Shown here: positions 60,199-64,000 of the stretch, piece by piece
Layout: each line of letters starts with the position of its first letter
Position numbering within the stretch: the first letter of the stretch is position 1
NCBI GenBank assembly: GCA_964600985.1
Contig: CAZRJR010000003.1
Coordinates: forward strand, 2,583 to 66,582
Direction of reading: 5' to 3'
DNA from: an uncultured Candidatus Saccharibacteria bacterium
GTDB taxonomy: Bacteria > Patescibacteriota > Saccharimonadia > CAILAD01 > JADZBC01
Length of the DNA stretch: 64,000 nt
The notes under the pieces: model-generated
What the model was told of the DNA's origin: nothing
What the model saw: the letters and a program-made list of their open reading frames with translations, nothing else
Database searches by the model: none
Translations under genes and position numbers: made by a program

Positions 60199-60268
60199 AC
60201 TTGCTCCTACTTCTAAACTAGATTACCAGAGTAAAAAAGCTCACTACAAGCATGGGCGTTTTCGAAGG

Positions 60269-61507
60269 CTATAAATTACCAAACCCCACTCGGTCAGGCA
60301 CTAAGTCTTTCTGTAAGCCAGCGTGCGCACGGATGGTTTTGGGACCATAGCGCCTATTGAGCACATCGATTGCCCTACTCAAGGCCTGATCACGCCGTTG
60401 CTGCCATGACTCAGCTATAGGCAATCCAATCTGCTGGACCTCAGTCAGCTGGGTAAGCGAAAGTGCAAATAAACGAACGGGTTCGGACTCGATCCAAGCT
60501 TCTTCTAGCAGCTGCAGGGCGAGCGTACTAATCGCAGCATAGCCCGTAAGAGACTGTCCAACCTCATAGTATTTATAGACGCCAGGACGCTGGTTATAGG
60601 CGATAAACAGACCTACTCCTCCCGAATACAAACCGTAGCTATGCAGACGTGTCGCTAAACGCTGCACAAGCGCAATCACATAATCACGTGCCTGTATGAA
60701 GCTCAGCTGACGATTACCCAATACTGTCACCTGGTGGCTTATGCTTTTCCTCTTACGCTCGTTGGGGTTTTGATCTACTTCGTAGCCCCGTAAGCGCAAG
60801 TACCACTTCTCGCCCACCACACCAAGCTGTGAGCGCATAAAAGGCAGTGAGCGAGAAGCCAAGTCAGCTACGTCGGACACCCCTACCGCATACAGCCGAC
60901 GCGCCATTCTCCGGCCAATGCCTGTACACTGCACCAGCGGCATCCCCCTATAGAAACTATGGAGGTCCTCAAGACACAATACTACACGCCCGTTGGGCTT
61001 TTTGCTCTGGGCCGCCATCTTAGCTAACCAAATATTGGGCGCAACCCCAATCGAACACTTAATGTATTCGCCCAGACTACTTTTAAAGCGTGTCGATACA
61101 CCTTCTATCAAAGTTAAAACGTGATCAATCTCTCGTCCGTAAGATGGTATAAGCAAGTAAGCCTCGTCTATGCTTTTGGCACCAATCCTACAATACGTGT
61201 TATGTAATACCTCCATAATTCGCCGGTGATAATCGCGATAAATGGTCGCGTTACCGCTTACAATAGTAAGCGGGGGGCAAAGTTCGAGGGCGCGTCCGAT
61301 CTTTGTGCCGACACCAATACCAAACTCCCTTGCCTCGTACGAGGCTGCCACAATACTGCAGTTTCTGCCCAAACAAGGCGCTACTGCCACCGGCCTCCCG
61401 CGCAGCTCGGGCCGCTCTTGTTGCTCTACCGAAGCAAAGAAGGCATTCATATCCACGTACAAACAGGCGTAATCTTGGGGTTTATGGGGCAGAACCGATT
61501 CATTCAT
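60269..61507 (-). CDS. dinB: Y-family DNA polymerase (Pol IV)
   Basis: VDMNAFFASVEQ, AASYEAR, SIDEAY, SIGVAPNIWLAKMA, KKPNG; start reassigned to MNESV, 6 nt after TACAAT. Confidence 0.92.
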   Translation of the reverse strand: MNESVLPHKPQDYACLYVDMNAFFASVEQQERPELRGRPVAVAPCLGRNCSIVAASYEAREFGIGVGTKIGRALELCPPLTIVSGNATIYRDYHRRIMEVLHNTYCRIGAKSIDEAYLLIPSYGREIDHVLTLIEGVSTRFKSSLGEYIKCSIGVAPNIWLAKMAAQSKKPNGRVVLCLEDLHSFYRGMPLVQCTGIGRRMARRLYAVGVSDVADLASRSLPFMRSQLGVVGEKWYLRLRGYEVDQNPNERKRKSISHQVTVLGNRQLSFIQARDYVIALVQRLATRLHSYGLYSGGVGLFIAYNQRPGVYKYYEVGQSLTGYAAISTLALQLLEEAWIESEPVRLFALSLTQLTEVQQIGLPIAESWQQRRDQALSRAIDVLNRRYGPKTIRAHAGLQKDLVPDRVGFGNL

Positions 61508-61575
61508 GCCCCTATTGTAAGCTATTTTACCCTTAATCACCAAACAAAATACGAATAAGCAAGGCTGACTTAAGT

Positions 61576-62805
61576 TTAATCGTGACGCATGGAGTCAACA
61601 GGGTTGGTATGTGCAGCCTTGTACGCCGGATAAAGCACCACTAAGAAACCAAGGACAGCTACAAATGCCAGCGTAGCAGCCATAAGCATAGGAGATATAG
61701 CAAACAAACTTACCGTTTCGCCCACTCCCCTGGCGCGAGCAAAGCTATTAACTCCCACATTAACCACAGCACCTAGTACGGCGGCGGCGATGATTCCAAA
61801 AACTCCACCGAGCAATGACAGGGTAAGAGCCTCGGCAATGAACAGACGTTTCACGTCGCGCGCTCGTGCACCGAGCGATATCATTAGGCCGAACTCTTTC
61901 GTACGCTCTAAGAGCGATATAGTAAGGGTATTGAACATACCCAGGATTGCGATAACCATACCAATACCACCAAATCCGACTAAAACAACGTTGAGTAAGT
62001 TAAATATCTGGTTGATCTGATCAATGGTATCGATTGGTGAAGCAGTAACAAAGCCCTGATTCTCTATTTGCTTACGAACCGCAGCCACCTGACTGCGATC
62101 GGAGACCAACAGCTTGGCCTGAGTGGCGTTTTTAACACCTTGTTCTTCAAAAACCGCCGTAGGTACATAAATTTCTGCGCCAGCACCTGTTTCTACCACC
62201 GCAGCCACCTTAAAACTACGCGTTATAATAGTGTCTTTAGTGCCTTCTTCTTGAGCAGATATTGTAATATCTACATCAATAGTCTTGCCAATAACTTCTG
62301 CTTTGTCACCCGAACCGGTAGCCTTAAGCAGTGAGGTATTCACAATCACCCCATCGTTACTCTCTACATTATTCGTAGATCCAGAAACGACCTTGAAGGC
62401 GCTTAGATCCACATACGTCTGGTCTGATCCATATACGACCGCATCGGTACGCGACTGCCCTAGTGAGACCTTGCCGCTTGAATAAAACACCCGAGCAACT
62501 TGCTCGACAGCTGATAAGTTCTTAAATTCAGCCAAGTGGTCGGCATCGATCTTAACACTCTTGGCCTTAGGGGTGGTCACATCGATCGTCTTAATAGACT
62601 TAGAGCCAATTACTTGACTAGCAACGAGCTTCTGAAGACCAAAGCCAAGCGAGAGTAGGAACACAATCGAGCCAATACCGATTACAACACCTAAAATGGT
62701 CAAAAACGTACGTAAACGCTTAAAAAACAAGTTCTTAAACGCAATACGAATGAGCACGTTGAATTTAATTGCTCGGGTCGATAGGTTGGGCTTAGACTGA
62801 CTCAT
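61576..62805 (-). CDS. ABC transporter permease (MacB/FtsX-like)
   Basis: RTFLTILGVVIG, NTLTISLLERTKEFG, YPAYKAA..NPV. Confidence 0.93.
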   Translation of the reverse strand: MSQSKPNLSTRAIKFNVLIRIAFKNLFFKRLRTFLTILGVVIGIGSIVFLLSLGFGLQKLVASQVIGSKSIKTIDVTTPKAKSVKIDADHLAEFKNLSAVEQVARVFYSSGKVSLGQSRTDAVVYGSDQTYVDLSAFKVVSGSTNNVESNDGVIVNTSLLKATGSGDKAEVIGKTIDVDITISAQEEGTKDTIITRSFKVAAVVETGAGAEIYVPTAVFEEQGVKNATQAKLLVSDRSQVAAVRKQIENQGFVTASPIDTIDQINQIFNLLNVVLVGFGGIGMVIAILGMFNTLTISLLERTKEFGLMISLGARARDVKRLFIAEALTLSLLGGVFGIIAAAVLGAVVNVGVNSFARARGVGETVSLFAISPMLMAATLAFVAVLGFLVVLYPAYKAAHTNPVDSMRHD

Positions 62806-62807
62806 AC

Positions 62808-63626
62808 CTACTCCTTGCTCCCATGAGAATGCTTGGGCCGTGGCGGCTGAAAGTCAATAATTTGTCGGGGTGCCGACGCCTTATGCATAACTACGTCGTC
62901 GGTAGGCTTGCGTGGGCCGTCGTATGAGCCCTTTTCTTCAGTCACTACCCCGTCTTTTATATATAGCCGGTGGTCGCTTAGGGGCAAGTAATCAAGGTTA
63001 TGCGTAACCAAGATAATCGTACTTCCAAAGTCCGCTTTAAATGACTCGACCAACTCCATGATCTTATCGCCATTTTTGGAGTCAAGATTTCCTGTTGGTT
63101 CATCGGCTATAAGGAGCATGGGGCTTACAATCGAGGCGCGAGCCATCGAAATACGCTGCTGCTGACCGCCTGAAAGCAAGTTTGGCCTATAGTGAGCGTA
63201 TTTATCCAGGCCTACACGACTAATACTCGCCTTGGCTTCACCAATCGCCTCTTGATAACTGCGGCCGGTTAAATACAGCGGAAGCGCAACGTTCTCGAGA
63301 GCGTTGAGGCTATTTACCCAAAAGTTCGTCTGATACACCATCCCCATTCTACGAGCCCTAAACGCAGCCCGTTCGTCGGCAGTAAGTGTATATAGATGCG
63401 TACCGTCTACTACTACCGAGCCGGTTGTGGGCGGCTCAAGGCCAGTTAATACATTTAGAAGTGTGGATTTACCAGACCCAGAAGGCCCATATATTATGGT
63501 GAAACTACCACGACGAATGCTAAAGTTCACATCATGGAGCACTTCCACTGGTCCATCATCCAGCTGGAACTGCTTTGAAACATTCTCAAACTTTACTACT
63601 ACGTCGTCCATAATTCCGCCCATCAC
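62808..63626 (-). CDS. ABC transporter ATP-binding protein (LolD/MacB-like)
   Basis: GPSGSGKS, LSGGQQQR, ADEPTGNLD, VTH. Confidence 0.95.
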   Translation of the reverse strand: MMGGIMDDVVVKFENVSKQFQLDDGPVEVLHDVNFSIRRGSFTIIYGPSGSGKSTLLNVLTGLEPPTTGSVVVDGTHLYTLTADERAAFRARRMGMVYQTNFWVNSLNALENVALPLYLTGRSYQEAIGEAKASISRVGLDKYAHYRPNLLSGGQQQRISMARASIVSPMLLIADEPTGNLDSKNGDKIMELVESFKADFGSTIILVTHNLDYLPLSDHRLYIKDGVVTEEKGSYDGPRKPTDDVVMHKASAPRQIIDFQPPRPKHSHGSKE

Positions 63627-63685
63627 GCCTTATATATATCTTATTTTAGCATAAGCATAATCCGAGCTTCTACGGACTGCACACA

Positions 63686-64000
63686 TTACAGCTTGAACCC
63701 GAATATCTTCTGAATGGCACCAAAGATCACGCTAAATATGTTGTCTGTACCGCGTCCTACCACCACGGACTGACTGGCCGACGATACTGTGTTGCCGGCC
63801 TTATCGTTTGATATAGCCCCTACGCTATATACACTTGAGGTTGCCAGGTCGGATATGATCACAATGTGGTCAGTAGTTAGGCGAGCATCTTCGGCAGTCT
63901 TAGTAGTTGCCGTAGCGCCAGCTCCCACCCCGTAACTCACTTGCGAAGTCGAGGGTTCATCGGTCTTCCAGGTGACGATTATCTGTCCGCGTGCCTCAGC
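63686..64000 (-). CDS. C-terminal part of an Fn3-like domain protein (N-terminus outside window)
   Basis: Open frame to window end: IIVTWKTDEPSTSQVSYG...HIVIISDL....Y....S.DKAGN. Confidence 0.75.
   Translation of the reverse strand, partial: AEARGQIIVTWKTDEPSTSQVSYGVGAGATATTKTAEDARLTTDHIVIISDLATSSVYSVGAISNDKAGNTVSSASQSVVVGRGTDNIFSVIFGAIQKIFGFKL

Overview
Bacterial chromosomal window. Gene content and style point to Patescibacteria/CPR, most likely Saccharimonadia-like (inference): compact housekeeping genes, a VirD4/TraD-like ATPase, a PaaX-like regulator, class I aldolase, many apparently leaderless genes, and TGA used as stop. It encodes gyrA (partial), gyrB, pheS/pheT, trpS, argS, thrS, smpB, infC-rpmI-rplT, rpmB, miaA, rnhA, uppP, comM, rmuC, a UvrD-nuclease fusion, dinB, glycosyltransferases and an ABC exporter. 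RNA genes are tmRNA, RNase P RNA, a probable 6S RNA, tRNA-Pro(GGG) and tRNA-Val(GAC). Five observations stand out. (1) An unassigned ~515-nt, highly structured transcript with no convincing ORF, with its own sigma70 promoter and terminator, lies between trpS and the pheST unit. (2) PheT carries an in-frame NlpC/P60 cysteine-peptidase domain and sits next to an L,D-transpeptidase gene. (3) There is an apparent split histidine kinase: a 1400-aa surface protein ends in a His-containing DHp helix, and a separate gene encodes an ATPase with a degenerate H-box. (4) Integrase-less gene cassettes are stacked at the tmRNA 3' end, each behind a repeat that contains a promoter. (5) A compact T-box-like leader precedes thrS. 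All calls come from reading the sequence; no database searches or folding programs were run.
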